45,590 nt of DNA from a virus, in IMG/VR virus record IMGVR_UViG_3300031228_000012, positions 1 to 45,590 of that record; one strand, given 5' to 3'. Of this stretch, positions 31,361-40,855 are shown piece after piece (within the stretch, counting starts at the first letter, position 1; every line of letters starts with the position of its first letter). Below the pieces are notes generated by a model, which had not been told where the DNA came from, made no database searches, and was given only the letters and a program-made list of their open reading frames with translations. A program made the position numbers and the translations under genes.

Positions 31361-32314
31361 ATGGCACTTACTGGTGCTCTCCCGCTTGTTGAGGCCGCGA
31401 AGCTCTCGCAGGATGACCTTCAGCGCGGCGTCCTGGAGATGTTCGTCCAGGAGTCCCCGGTCCTCGACCGCTTGCCCTTCCTCACCATCCAGGGCAACAG
31501 CTACAAGTACAACTTCGAGCAGGCTCTGCCGGATGTCGACTTCCGTGCCGTGAACGACGGCTACGCGGGTTCGACCGGTACGACCGACTCCCGCTCGGTC
31601 GCGCTCGTTATCCTCGGTGGCGACGCCGACGTTGACCGGTTCATCGTTGCCACCCGTGGCGACCTGAACAACCAGCGCGCGATCCAGACCGCGATGAAGG
31701 TCAAGGCCCTGAGCTACAAGTTCCAGGACCAGTTCGTCAACGGTGACGTTGTCGCTGAGCCCCTGGGCTTCGATGGTCTGAAGAAGACCGTCACCCGGGT
31801 CGTTTCGGCTGGCACCAACGGTGCCAAGGTCTTCGACGCGGCTAGCGACACTGTGGCGCACACGTTCTTCGACAAGCTCGAAGAGCTGACCGCGTCCGTC
31901 GACGGCACCCCGAGTGCGTTCTACGCCAACGCTTCCGTTATCGCCAAGATTCGCTCTGCGGGTCGACGCATGGGCGGCGTGGAGATCGTGCGCGAGGACC
32001 TGACCGGCAAGCGCGTCACGGTCTGGAACGGCATCCCGTTCCTGGACCTGGGCAAGACCCCCGCTGGCGTGAACATCCTGCCGCAGACCGAGACCGAGGG
32101 CACCAGCACTGACTGTTCCTCTATCTACGCGGTGAAGTTCGGCCAGAACGAAGAGGACGGCGGCGTTGCCGGCCTGACCAACGGTGGCGTGCAGGTCTAC
32201 GACCTGGGCGAGATCGACAGTCAGCCCGTCTACCGGACCCGTATCGAGTTCTACTGCGGCATGGCGCAGTTCGGCGATGGCGGCGCGGCTCGCCTGACCG
32301 GTGTCCAGCTCTGA
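31361..32314 (+). CDS. Major capsid protein
   Basis: 317 aa after the scaffold gene. AGGAGAGAATACAC RBS. High codon bias. Confidence 0.88.
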   Translation: MALTGALPLVEAAKLSQDDLQRGVLEMFVQESPVLDRLPFLTIQGNSYKYNFEQALPDVDFRAVNDGYAGSTGTTDSRSVALVILGGDADVDRFIVATRGDLNNQRAIQTAMKVKALSYKFQDQFVNGDVVAEPLGFDGLKKTVTRVVSAGTNGAKVFDAASDTVAHTFFDKLEELTASVDGTPSAFYANASVIAKIRSAGRRMGGVEIVREDLTGKRVTVWNGIPFLDLGKTPAGVNILPQTETEGTSTDCSSIYAVKFGQNEEDGGVAGLTNGGVQVYDLGEIDSQPVYRTRIEFYCGMAQFGDGGAARLTGVQL

Positions 32315-32523
32315 TGATGGTTTGCCCATGTGGGTCGGATTGGTTCGTTGAACAACGGCTGGTCCGGCCCGCTGGGCTCCCCCGCACTCCCCAACACACT
32401 CCGCTGCCTATACGTGAGCGACCTATTTACCGCTACGTCTGCGCGGGCTGCGGGCTGGAGTACGGCCAAGAGCCCACACCGAAGCCCCGCCGGGGCCGGC
32501 CGTTGAAGAGCAAGACCGACTGA
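32314..32523 (+). CDS. Small Cys-ribbon hypothetical protein (69 aa)
   Basis: Track ORF. CPCG...CAGCG. TGATG overlap with the capsid gene. Confidence 0.45.
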   Translation: MMVCPCGSDWFVEQRLVRPAGLPRTPQHTPLPIRERPIYRYVCAGCGLEYGQEPTPKPRRGRPLKSKTD

Positions 32524-32536
32524 GGAGTGAGTCACC

Positions 32537-32917
32537 TTGGCGTACGCCATAGCTACCGACGTCGAGGACCGATTCATCCGGGCTCTCGACGCCGACGAGA
32601 CACGGGTCGTTAACACCCGCCTCGGAGACGCCGAACGGCTTATCAAGTCCCGCATCACCGACCTGGACGCTCAGATCACCGCTGGGACCATCGACCAGGA
32701 GACCGTCGTCATGGTCGAGGCGGAGATGATTCTCCGGCTCATCCGCAACCCTGACGGGTACACCCAGGAGCAGGACGGTTCTTACGGCTACTCGATCAGT
32801 TCCCGAGTCGCCTCCGGCGTGCTTGAGGTCCTGCCCGGTGAGTGGACGCTGCTAGGCGTCCGCCGTGGTGCTTTCACCATCAAGCCGTATATGCGGATGC
32901 CCTGGAGCGCTGCCTAA
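32537..32917 (+). CDS. Head-tail connector (gp6-like adaptor)
   Basis: TTG start after GAGGAG. AYAIATDVEDRF..DAERLIKSRI is typical of this family. Gene order supports the call. Confidence 0.75.
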   Translation: MAYAIATDVEDRFIRALDADETRVVNTRLGDAERLIKSRITDLDAQITAGTIDQETVVMVEAEMILRLIRNPDGYTQEQDGSYGYSISSRVASGVLEVLPGEWTLLGVRRGAFTIKPYMRMPWSAA

Positions 32918-33282
32918 TGAGCCTCCTGGACAGCCCTAACGCTGAGGTCATCGTCTATCCCCAGGAAGTCTGGACAGACGAGGACGGGAACACGATGCTC
33001 CGGCCGTCTGCCGTAGGCACGACGACCCCCGCAACGGTGCGACCACAGCCACAGTCCGGGACCTCGTCCCGGCGAGCCGAGCAGATGGACGAGGGGTTCT
33101 TCACGGAAGAGGTCTACAACCTCCGGTTCCCGAAGGGCTCCCCCGGTGATCTCCTTGGCACCCTTGGCGCCATGACCCGGGTCGACTGGAACGGCGGGAG
33201 CTGGTCCGTGTTTGGGCCCCCGTTGTTCTACAACGGCTCACGCCGGACACGCAGGCACGAGTACACGATGCGGCGGAACTGA
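32917..33282 (+). CDS. Head closure / head-tail joining protein
   Basis: Internal ATG (TAATG overlap). Assigned by position. Confidence 0.65.
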   Translation: MSLLDSPNAEVIVYPQEVWTDEDGNTMLRPSAVGTTTPATVRPQPQSGTSSRRAEQMDEGFFTEEVYNLRFPKGSPGDLLGTLGAMTRVDWNGGSWSVFGPPLFYNGSRRTRRHEYTMRRN

Positions 33283-33599
33283 TGGCCACGGTCTACAGCA
33301 CCCGTCGTGTCAATCGGATCGTGTCGCACCTGCCCGGTGTGAGAGCCGCTGTGGCGGAAGAGGCGCTGGAGATTGGGGTCCGTGCGGAAGCCAAGCTGCT
33401 CCGGCACCGGGATCGGACCAACCGGACCGACCACAGCGTCGATGTAAGTCAGGGACGAATCGACTCGTACGTGTCGCTCGTAGGCCCCGCACCGCTCTCG
33501 GTCGAGTTCGGCCATTGGTACAAGGGCAATCTCGGTGGAACCCCCCAGTACGTGCCTGGCCTCTACATCATCACCGGAGCCGCAGGGCTCCTCGGATAG
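33282..33599 (+). CDS. HK97 gp10-like neck/tail-joining protein
   Basis: Track ORF. ATGA overlap. Assigned by position and size. Confidence 0.65.
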   Translation: MATVYSTRRVNRIVSHLPGVRAAVAEEALEIGVRAEAKLLRHRDRTNRTDHSVDVSQGRIDSYVSLVGPAPLSVEFGHWYKGNLGGTPQYVPGLYIITGAAGLLG

Positions 33600-33616
33600 G
33601 CAAGGAAACCCAACCT

Positions 33617-34027
33617 GTGGTTGATCGCAAACTACCACGGGTCCAGTCCATCATCCTTCCCGTGCTCCGCACGGAGCTTCCCGGCGTCGATGTCGGCTCC
33701 TGGTACAAGGACGTGGCAAGCCGCACCTTCCCGCTGCTGAATGTTAGGCGGTTAGGAGGGGGCGTTATGAGCCCTCGGTGGCTGGACCGCCCGGTAATTG
33801 AGCTGACCGCGTACACCAAAGACGGCCTGGCCGCGACGGAGGACTTGTACCTCGACGCAAGGCACATCCTTTGGGAAATGGTGGAAAAGCAGACGGTAAC
33901 ACCGTCTGGCTACCTCCATTCTTTTTTTGAAACCATGGGGCCGACCCCTTTTGATGCGCCATTCGAGGACGCTTGGCGTGTTCAAGGGCTCATACAGCTC
34001 GGCGTTCGGCCACCCCGTTCCCTTTAG
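33617..34027 (+). CDS. Tail terminator protein
   Basis: GTG after AAGGAAAC. LPGVDVGSW...PLLNVRRLGG pattern. Position upstream of the major tail gene. Confidence 0.65.
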   Translation: MVDRKLPRVQSIILPVLRTELPGVDVGSWYKDVASRTFPLLNVRRLGGGVMSPRWLDRPVIELTAYTKDGLAATEDLYLDARHILWEMVEKQTVTPSGYLHSFFETMGPTPFDAPFEDAWRVQGLIQLGVRPPRSL

Positions 34028-34055
34028 AACGAATAATACTAGGGAGTAAAGCCGA

Positions 34056-34664
34056 ATGGCTATTAATGACAACGCGGTGTTCACCGCCGCAAAGGGTTAC
34101 GTGCTGTTGGCCGCTGAAGGCACCGCAGCCCCGACCCCCGCCGACGTGGCGGCGTTCGACCCGGAGGTGGGCATCACCTCGCTCGCCGCTGACGGCATCG
34201 CCACTGTCGAGTGGGACAGCGTCGGGCACACCGCAGAAGACGAGCTGCCTGAGTTCGGCTTCGACGGTGGCGACTCTGAGGTCAAGGGCACCTGGCAGAA
34301 CCCGGCGCTCAAGGAAGTCATCACCGACCCGGCAGTTGACTTCATGACCTTCTCCCTGCACCAGTTTGACGAGGCTGCGCTGGAGCTGTACTACGGCGTC
34401 ACTAACAGCTCGGCCACGGTTGGCCAGTACGACGTGGACGACGCGCCGACTACCACCACGAAGCGCGCGCTGCTTGTGATCCTGGTCGACGGTGACATCA
34501 ACGTGGCCTTCCACGCCACCAAGGCCGGCATCAAGCGCGAGGGTGCTATCGAGCTGGACAGGGAAGAGCTGACCACTCTCCCGCTCCGCGCGACCTTCCT
34601 CAAGATGACGGGCAAGAAGCTCTTCTCGTGGATCTCCTTGGGCACAGGCGTTAACCCCGCCTGA
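34056..34664 (+). CDS. Major tail protein
   Basis: 202 aa. GGGAGTAAAGCCGA RBS. Followed by a strong hairpin and the chaperone pair. Confidence 0.85.
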   Translation: MAINDNAVFTAAKGYVLLAAEGTAAPTPADVAAFDPEVGITSLAADGIATVEWDSVGHTAEDELPEFGFDGGDSEVKGTWQNPALKEVITDPAVDFMTFSLHQFDEAALELYYGVTNSSATVGQYDVDDAPTTTTKRALLVILVDGDINVAFHATKAGIKREGAIELDREELTTLPLRATFLKMTGKKLFSWISLGTGVNPA

Positions 34665-34679
34665 CCCTCGCTCGACTAA

Positions 34680-34720
34680 GGGGCCTGGTTTCCTGGCGGA
34701 CCGACCAGGCCCCTTTCCCT
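34680..34720 (+). terminator. Rho-independent terminator/attenuator after the major tail gene
   Basis: ggggcctggt...accaggcccc 10-bp stem followed by a T-rich tract. Confidence 0.7.
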
Positions 34721-34776
34721 TCCTTTGTTCTTTGGTCCGCCTCCCATTCTTTTCTCACTGAAAGGTTCGCCAACCA

Positions 34777-35127
34777 ATGTCTAACTACTCACTCGCCGAC
34801 CTCCGCGCCGCCGTTGAGCAGAAGTATGCGCCCGTCGAAATCGACGGCTACCAGCTCCGCAACCTGCTCCGGCTTGGCGACAAGGAGCGCGAGAATGTTC
34901 TCGCGGCACTGTCCGAGGTCGAGAACACCCAGGACGAGGACGGCGGGGCCGACGCGCTCAGCGCCCTCCTGACCGCCTCCGAGAATGCGCTGGCCCTGCT
35001 CGTCGCGGACGATCGCGGCGAGGAGTTTGTCACCTTGCTCGGACATGACCTCGCTCTGACGCTTGAGGTTCTGTCCAAGTGGACGGAGGCGACCCAGGCG
35101 GGGGAAGCGCAGCCCTCGCAGGGCTGA
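34777..35127 (+). CDS. Tail assembly chaperone (G-like)
   Basis: 116 aa, between the major tail and tape measure genes. Confidence 0.8.
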   Translation: MSNYSLADLRAAVEQKYAPVEIDGYQLRNLLRLGDKERENVLAALSEVENTQDEDGGADALSALLTASENALALLVADDRGEEFVTLLGHDLALTLEVLSKWTEATQAGEAQPSQG

Positions 35128-35528
35128 TCAATCAGTTCGGCGAGGAGCTAGACGCAGACTTCCTTCGGTATTACCACCTCGACCTGACGGACGTCCTGGT
35201 GCCCGGCACCCGGCTCACGCCGCGCCGGGCTCTCGGGCTCATCCGCAACCTGCCACATGGTTCCGCGTTCGTCGCCGCCCAACAGGGCGGGGCGCAGTTC
35301 GCAGGCTGGGCAGTCAACGAGTACCTGCTGGCCGGTCTCATCGACGCGGTCCAGCACAACACGCACGCGTTCGTGTCCGCCCACAGCGAGCGTCGACCGA
35401 AGCCCCCAGAGCCAGCGTACCGGCCCGGGAAGGTGAAGAGGCGCAGCAACAACTTGTTCGCTCAGATGGCCTCCCAGCAGTTCTCGGTGGCCCGAAAAGC
35501 TAAGGAAGTAAGGAATGGCTCTGGATAA
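34777..35528 (+). CDS. Tail assembly chaperone, -1 frameshift product (GT-like). Slip expected at GGGGGAA 35100..35106.
   Basis: ORF 35079..35528 is in the -1 frame relative to 34777, overlaps it by 49 nt and has no RBS of its own. A G-run sits in the overlap. Confidence 0.7.
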
Positions 35529-38517
35529 GGGGCCGGGCGGCAAGATCGTCGGCAAGGTCAGCGTAAAGGTCGTGCCCGACGTCTCCGGCTTCGCCCGGGA
35601 ACTCAAGGCCGAACTCAAGGCCATCGAGCAGAAGCTCAAGGTCAAGATCCCTGTCAACCTGAACACCTCCGGGGTCTCCGAAGAAATCAAGCAGGCCAAG
35701 GAGAAGGCCGAGAAGATCGAGATCGAGTTACCCGTGCTGGTTAACGGGGAGCAGACTATACGGGATACCAGGCGCATCCGGCGGATTGCCCAGGCAGCGA
35801 CCGGTCCTATCAAACTCCTCGCGACCGTCGACCTGAAGCGGTCGTTGGTCAGCATTGCAGCCAAAATGGCGGTCATCCAAGCCGGAGCCAAGGCATACCA
35901 GCTCAGGATTCCTGTCGACCTCGTCGGCATGTTCCAGCTCCTCTCCGTCCTCGGTGCTGTGTCTGGGGGCCTTCTTGGCCTAGGACACGTCATCGTCGGA
36001 GTCGGCGGTGCCGTGTCTATGCTCGGCGCGGCCCTGGCCACCGTGCCCGGCCTTCTGGTAGGCGCTGGCGCTGCGATCGGCGTCCTGGTCGCTGGCAACG
36101 CCGGTATGTGGAACGCACTGATCAACGCCGGTGACCCTGCCATCTTCAAGCGGAAGCTGGAGAAGTTGACCCCCGCAGCTCGGGAGGCCGCCAAGGCACT
36201 AGCTGCGGTCGGCAAGCCGTTCAAGGAGATCCAGCGAGCGACGCAGGAGACCTTGTTCAAGGGGATGGCCGACACCTTCTCGAAGTTGGAGCGGCTGATG
36301 CCCGCGATCAAGCGCGGGTTCGTCAGCATCGCGGGTGGTATCCGCGACATGGGCAAGGCGTGGATCGACATGGCCACAACCAAGGGCTCCGTCAGGGACC
36401 TGGACCTCATCCTCCAGAACACTGGCAAGGGCTTCGAGGAAGCACAGCCCGCGCTAGCCGACTTCGGCCACGCTCTGAAAGACCTGGCGGCGGTCGCGTC
36501 GACCTTCTTCGGTCGGATGGGTAAGTCCATCGCCAACGCTGCTAGGGACTTCCGCGACTTCATTGCAGCCGCCCGCAAGGACGGCAGCCTCAAGAAGTGG
36601 ATGGAAGAGCAGTTCGAGTCCTGGCGCACGCTGGGCCGGACGCTCAAGAACGTCTGGGACGCTTTCGCCAACATCGGCGATGCCATGGGCTTCGGCGGGA
36701 TGCTGAAGACCCTGGAGAAGTTCACTGGCAAGCTCAAGAACCTGACCTCAGAGGCCAAGAACACCAAGGGAATGAAGGCGCTGGGCGATGTCATGCGAGA
36801 GGTCATGAACCTCTCGTGGGACGTCTTCGCGGAGCTGCTTTCCTCTGTTGCGGAAATCCTCAAGGAAGCCAAGCCGTTCTTGATGGCGTTTACCCGGCAG
36901 CTCGCAGTCGCGTTGACGAAGGCGCTGGAGGTAGTCACCCCGCTGCTCAAGAAGCTCGCTCGGTTCCTGAGCCGGAACAAGGAGATAGCTGTCCCGCTCG
37001 CGATCGCACTTGTCAGTGTGGTGACCGGCTTGAAGCTCATCTCCACAGCAGCCAAGGGACTCACGGTTCTCTTTGGGGGCGCCAAGGCGCTTGGTGCACT
37101 CCTCTCCGTATCCAAGGGCTCCAAGAGCAAGCTCGCCGCGACCAGCGCCGGGCTCGTCGGGGTCGGCACGGGCGCAGCTACGGCAGGCAAGGCAGCCGGT
37201 AAGGCAGTCAAGCCGGTCGGCCTGTTCGCTGGAACCCTCAAGAGGTTGGGTAAGGCTGCTGGCGTCACGGCCGTTGCTGTGGCTGGTCTGACGGCCGCAT
37301 CGTCAGGTGTTGGCGACAACATATGGGACCTCGGGGCTACTGACGAGAACATCAAGGACGCCAAGAACGTCAAGAAGTTCCGGGACCTCGTTGTCGGCAA
37401 GGACGGGGACTGGGACCTGAAGGACGCCCCGGGCCTGCTTAGCGGCGGGTTCATGGTCGTTGCCGAGGGTGTCCGGTACCTGTCTGCAAAAATATCAGGC
37501 AATGGCAAGGCACTGCGTCACTGGAAAGAAGACTGGGGCTTCCTTGAAAAGAAGCTGAAAGCCAAGCTCCCGTTCCCGAAGATGACCCGGCAAATGCTGG
37601 GCCTGACCAACTCGCAGAGGGGCCTCAACGCGTCTACCCGGAACCTCAAAAAGGGTTTCAACATCTACGATGCGCTGGGCCTCAAGGTTCAGAAGCTGGG
37701 CAAGAAGGCACCGCAGCTTAGGAACAAGTTCAAGGGTGAGTACGGCGGCCTTATTACCGACACCAAAATGTTCGGGCTGAAATTCGGTGAGCGGCTGAAT
37801 GACGGCATGCACAAGGGTGTCACCGGCGCCAACCGTGTGGTCAACCGGGGCACGGCCATGATCGGGTCCACCATCGTCAAGGGCTCTCAGATAGCCGCTG
37901 GTAAGGCGCGGGTCTTCTCCAACAGTGTGCCTAAGCACTTCTACAAAGGCATGTTCTCCGCGAACAAAAACACCAGGATCGGCCTGAACGGCCTCAGTCA
38001 GACGGTGGCGGATGGCAGCCGGAAGGCCGCCGACAAGGCGAGCGGGTTCGAGTCCCGGATCAAGCACTGGTTCAACATCGACCTGTCTTCGTCTGGTTTC
38101 TCGCTCATGCAGAGCTTCGCGCAAGGCATCGCCTCCGGGCAGGGCATTATCGGCAGCACGATCAACACCGCACTCAGCGCGGCGAAGAACTACTTCCCGC
38201 AAAGCCCTGCGAAGACCGGTCCGTTCTCAGGACGTGGATACACCACGTTCTCGGGTATGGCACTGGTCAAGGACTTCGCTGGTGCGATCGAGAAGTCAAC
38301 CCCCCACGCGGTTCGCGCGGTTGACGGCCTGATGAAGGCAGCCAACTTCGGGTCGAACGCGCAGTGGAGCAACGGCTTCGCCGGTGCCCGTGCCGGGGCG
38401 GGGAACAGCACTGAAATCAACATCGGGACTGTCCGCGCTCATGACTACAACGATTTCAATCGCCAGCTACAACGACGGGCCTTGTCGGCCTCGATCCCCG
38501 GAGGGGGGACCAGATGA
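35515..38517 (+). CDS. Tape measure protein
   Basis: 1000 aa. Coiled-coil N-terminus, Gly/Ala-rich TM-like segments, canonical position. Confidence 0.93.
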   Translation: MALDKGPGGKIVGKVSVKVVPDVSGFARELKAELKAIEQKLKVKIPVNLNTSGVSEEIKQAKEKAEKIEIELPVLVNGEQTIRDTRRIRRIAQAATGPIKLLATVDLKRSLVSIAAKMAVIQAGAKAYQLRIPVDLVGMFQLLSVLGAVSGGLLGLGHVIVGVGGAVSMLGAALATVPGLLVGAGAAIGVLVAGNAGMWNALINAGDPAIFKRKLEKLTPAAREAAKALAAVGKPFKEIQRATQETLFKGMADTFSKLERLMPAIKRGFVSIAGGIRDMGKAWIDMATTKGSVRDLDLILQNTGKGFEEAQPALADFGHALKDLAAVASTFFGRMGKSIANAARDFRDFIAAARKDGSLKKWMEEQFESWRTLGRTLKNVWDAFANIGDAMGFGGMLKTLEKFTGKLKNLTSEAKNTKGMKALGDVMREVMNLSWDVFAELLSSVAEILKEAKPFLMAFTRQLAVALTKALEVVTPLLKKLARFLSRNKEIAVPLAIALVSVVTGLKLISTAAKGLTVLFGGAKALGALLSVSKGSKSKLAATSAGLVGVGTGAATAGKAAGKAVKPVGLFAGTLKRLGKAAGVTAVAVAGLTAASSGVGDNIWDLGATDENIKDAKNVKKFRDLVVGKDGDWDLKDAPGLLSGGFMVVAEGVRYLSAKISGNGKALRHWKEDWGFLEKKLKAKLPFPKMTRQMLGLTNSQRGLNASTRNLKKGFNIYDALGLKVQKLGKKAPQLRNKFKGEYGGLITDTKMFGLKFGERLNDGMHKGVTGANRVVNRGTAMIGSTIVKGSQIAAGKARVFSNSVPKHFYKGMFSANKNTRIGLNGLSQTVADGSRKAADKASGFESRIKHWFNIDLSSSGFSLMQSFAQGIASGQGIIGSTINTALSAAKNYFPQSPAKTGPFSGRGYTTFSGMALVKDFAGAIEKSTPHAVRAVDGLMKAANFGSNAQWSNGFAGARAGAGNSTEINIGTVRAHDYNDFNRQLQRRALSASIPGGGTR

Positions 38518-38963
38518 GCTTTCCCAGCCTCACCGTAACAATCCGAGGCGGCTCTGACGGCCTACCCACTCTGAACCTGACCCCGGCCAACGGCTACTAC
38601 ATGGAGCTGGATGGTCTGGGGCTGGGGACCGGGGAAGTCTGGGCAAGAGAGTACGCGGAGTCCCGATTCGTTTCGGGCTCCGCCCTCATCTCGGCCAAGC
38701 GGGAACACCAGTCCGGGTTCCTGATCGTCTACGTCACGGGTGGATCTGTCACAGAGTTGTGGTCCCGGATCAACACGCTCAAGGCGGCTGTCCGGCAGTT
38801 CTCGTACAAGATCGACGTCTCTATCGGCGCGGTCAGCGAGACATACAACTGCGACCCCGCTGACTCCACAGTCGGAAAGGACAGCGGCGTCATTTCCCCG
38901 TTCGAGCTGGCCGGCAATGAGCCGGGGCTCTCGGTGACGCTGACTATTCCGCACAAACCATAA
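38514..38963 (+). CDS. Minor tail protein (149 aa)
   Basis: 4-nt overlap with the tape measure gene. Confidence 0.7.
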   Translation: MSFPSLTVTIRGGSDGLPTLNLTPANGYYMELDGLGLGTGEVWAREYAESRFVSGSALISAKREHQSGFLIVYVTGGSVTELWSRINTLKAAVRQFSYKIDVSIGAVSETYNCDPADSTVGKDSGVISPFELAGNEPGLSVTLTIPHKP

Positions 38964-38973
38964 GGACCGCCAA

Positions 38974-39195
38974 ATGCATATCGCCCTCGTCCCGATGCTG
39001 CTAGCAGATCAGGACGGGAACCCGGTTCGCCTCTCACAAGGCGAGCCCGTTCCCGCCTGGGTTTCAGCCGACGTCATCAAGGGCTGGGTTGCGGAGGGCG
39101 CCGTTTCCAAACGGAAGCGGAAGCCCGCAGCCGCCACGGCCGACGCCGTGGTGATGACAGCCGACCTCACCGTTACTCCAAAGGAAGACCGATAA
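38974..39195 (+). CDS. Hypothetical protein (73 aa)
   Basis: Track ORF within the tail module. Confidence 0.5.
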   Translation: MHIALVPMLLADQDGNPVRLSQGEPVPAWVSADVIKGWVAEGAVSKRKRKPAAATADAVVMTADLTVTPKEDR

Positions 39196-39612
39196 ATGCC
39201 TAGTCGACTCTCCGACGCCCAGGCCAACAACAGCCTCGACGTCCGGTTCAACGGTGCCGCGTCTACCGCACCCGCCACCTACTACTTCGCCCTGCTGACC
39301 ACTGCCCCGTCAGACAACACGGGCACGGGCGCCGTCGAGGCCACTGGCACGGGATACGCGCGTGTTGGCGTCACCAAGAACGCCACCAACTTCCCCGTCG
39401 CTGCCACCCGTGTAATCAGCAATGGCGTGGCCATCACCTTCGCGCAGGCCGGGGCTTCCTGGGGCACGATCGTTGGCGTGGCGCTCTACGACGCTGCCAC
39501 CACCGGGACCTTCCTCGGCTACGCCGCGCTAGGCACGGCGAAGGCCGTCAACTCCGGTGACACCGCCGAGATCGCTGCTGGTGCGTTCATCGTTACTTCC
39601 GCCGGTTCCTAA
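39196..39612 (+). CDS. Minor tail protein (138 aa, Ala/Thr/Gly-rich)
   Basis: Track ORF. Assigned by position and composition. Confidence 0.65.
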   Translation: MPSRLSDAQANNSLDVRFNGAASTAPATYYFALLTTAPSDNTGTGAVEATGTGYARVGVTKNATNFPVAATRVISNGVAITFAQAGASWGTIVGVALYDAATTGTFLGYAALGTAKAVNSGDTAEIAAGAFIVTSAGS

Positions 39613-39631
39613 GTAAAAGGAGTGACCTGAC

Positions 39632-40855
39632 ATGCCGTCTGTAACGGTTGCGGGGACCTCTACAGTTCCGAGTGCTGCTGCGTCCTCGTTCACCGTTCCG
39701 GTGCCCGCAGGCGCGCAGGGCGGGGACCTCTTCGTTGTCATGATCACCTCAGGTCAGTCCACCAACGGTGACATCAACCCCCCGGACGCTAGCTGGACTA
39801 GCACATCCAAATACTGGTACTCGTCTTCTCCGGGGTCTACGAAGCCCTACGTAAGGGCTCACTATATAGAACTGCCCGCATCTCCACCTGCCAGCTATGT
39901 GTTCACGAACCCGACGAACCTACAGTACGTTCCTGGAATCGGAGGGTATGCCCTGCGCCCCAGCTCTGCGGGCGGAACATGGAGCGTAACGGAGGCGGGC
40001 AGCAACGACACCAAATCTGGCACAACGGTCAGCGCACCGTCGCTATCGTTACCGGACGCGGGTGTAACCATCGTTGGTGTAGGCGTGTACGCCTACGGTG
40101 ACTCCTTGGTGTCTCCAGGGTCACCTTTCGTGCAGGCGTACAGCGGTGTTATATCCGGCAGGGCCGGAGCGTCTGGGTACCAAACGTACTCGTCCCCGAC
40201 GACGGCAGGCCCGTGGTCATTCACGTCGTCGGGCGGCTCTAACATCTTGTACGACGCCGAGATGACCCTCGGTGTCACGTACACCACCGGGGGATCAAGC
40301 GTTAGCCTGGTTCCGTCCACAGCCGAAGACCTTCAGACGGCGGCCACGCTGACCGCGAAGCGGGGCATCACCCCCTCGGTGTCGGAAGGCATCTCGCTGT
40401 CCGCAACCCTGGATGTCAAAGGTAAGATCCCGCTCGACGCGGCGCTCGTCCTGGACGAGTCGCTGTCGTCCAGCCTCGATGTCTCCCGGTCACTAGATGC
40501 GGCCCAGGGACAGGACGTCACCCTCGCCGCCGAGCTGACTGTCCAGGCTGCGGCCCCTGTGGCCCTTGACGCATCGCTTGCTGACGACGTGGGACTGTCT
40601 ACGTCCCTGGTCACGCGCCAGCCCGTTGGCGTGGCGACCCTGGCGGCAGGCGAATCACTAGCCGCGACACTGAGGATCAAGAAGCAGCTCGCAACCTGGG
40701 CCCTAGACCAGTGGAACAAGGCCCAGGAGGATGTCGAGTTGTTCGCTGAGCTGGACACGTTCCCTGAGCCTGTACCGCCGCCGAGCGTTCGCATGATCCG
40801 ACGCAGGTCGGAAACCTACCCAAACCCCACCCTCGTTGACGGAAGGCCCGCGTAA
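39632..40855 (+). CDS. Minor tail protein with internally repetitive C-terminal half
   Basis: AAAGGAG RBS. Repeated SLD/LDA-type segments (LSATLDV..LDESLSSSLDVSRSLDA..LDASLADDVGLSTSL). Confidence 0.7.
   Translation: MPSVTVAGTSTVPSAAASSFTVPVPAGAQGGDLFVVMITSGQSTNGDINPPDASWTSTSKYWYSSSPGSTKPYVRAHYIELPASPPASYVFTNPTNLQYVPGIGGYALRPSSAGGTWSVTEAGSNDTKSGTTVSAPSLSLPDAGVTIVGVGVYAYGDSLVSPGSPFVQAYSGVISGRAGASGYQTYSSPTTAGPWSFTSSGGSNILYDAEMTLGVTYTTGGSSVSLVPSTAEDLQTAATLTAKRGITPSVSEGISLSATLDVKGKIPLDAALVLDESLSSSLDVSRSLDAAQGQDVTLAAELTVQAAAPVALDASLADDVGLSTSLVTRQPVGVATLAAGESLAATLRIKKQLATWALDQWNKAQEDVELFAELDTFPEPVPPPSVRMIRRRSETYPNPTLVDGRPA

Noticed and set aside
35148-37508. 786-aa ORF on the - strand, with similar long antisense ORFs at 6238..7266 (+), 31271..32329 (-), 40816..41979 (-) and 42235..43056 (-)
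   Set aside because: They lie entirely antisense to well-supported genes (tape measure, polymerase, capsid, tail). They have Ala/Arg/Pro/Ser-rich nonsense composition and no RBS. These are typical shadow ORFs of high-GC DNA.
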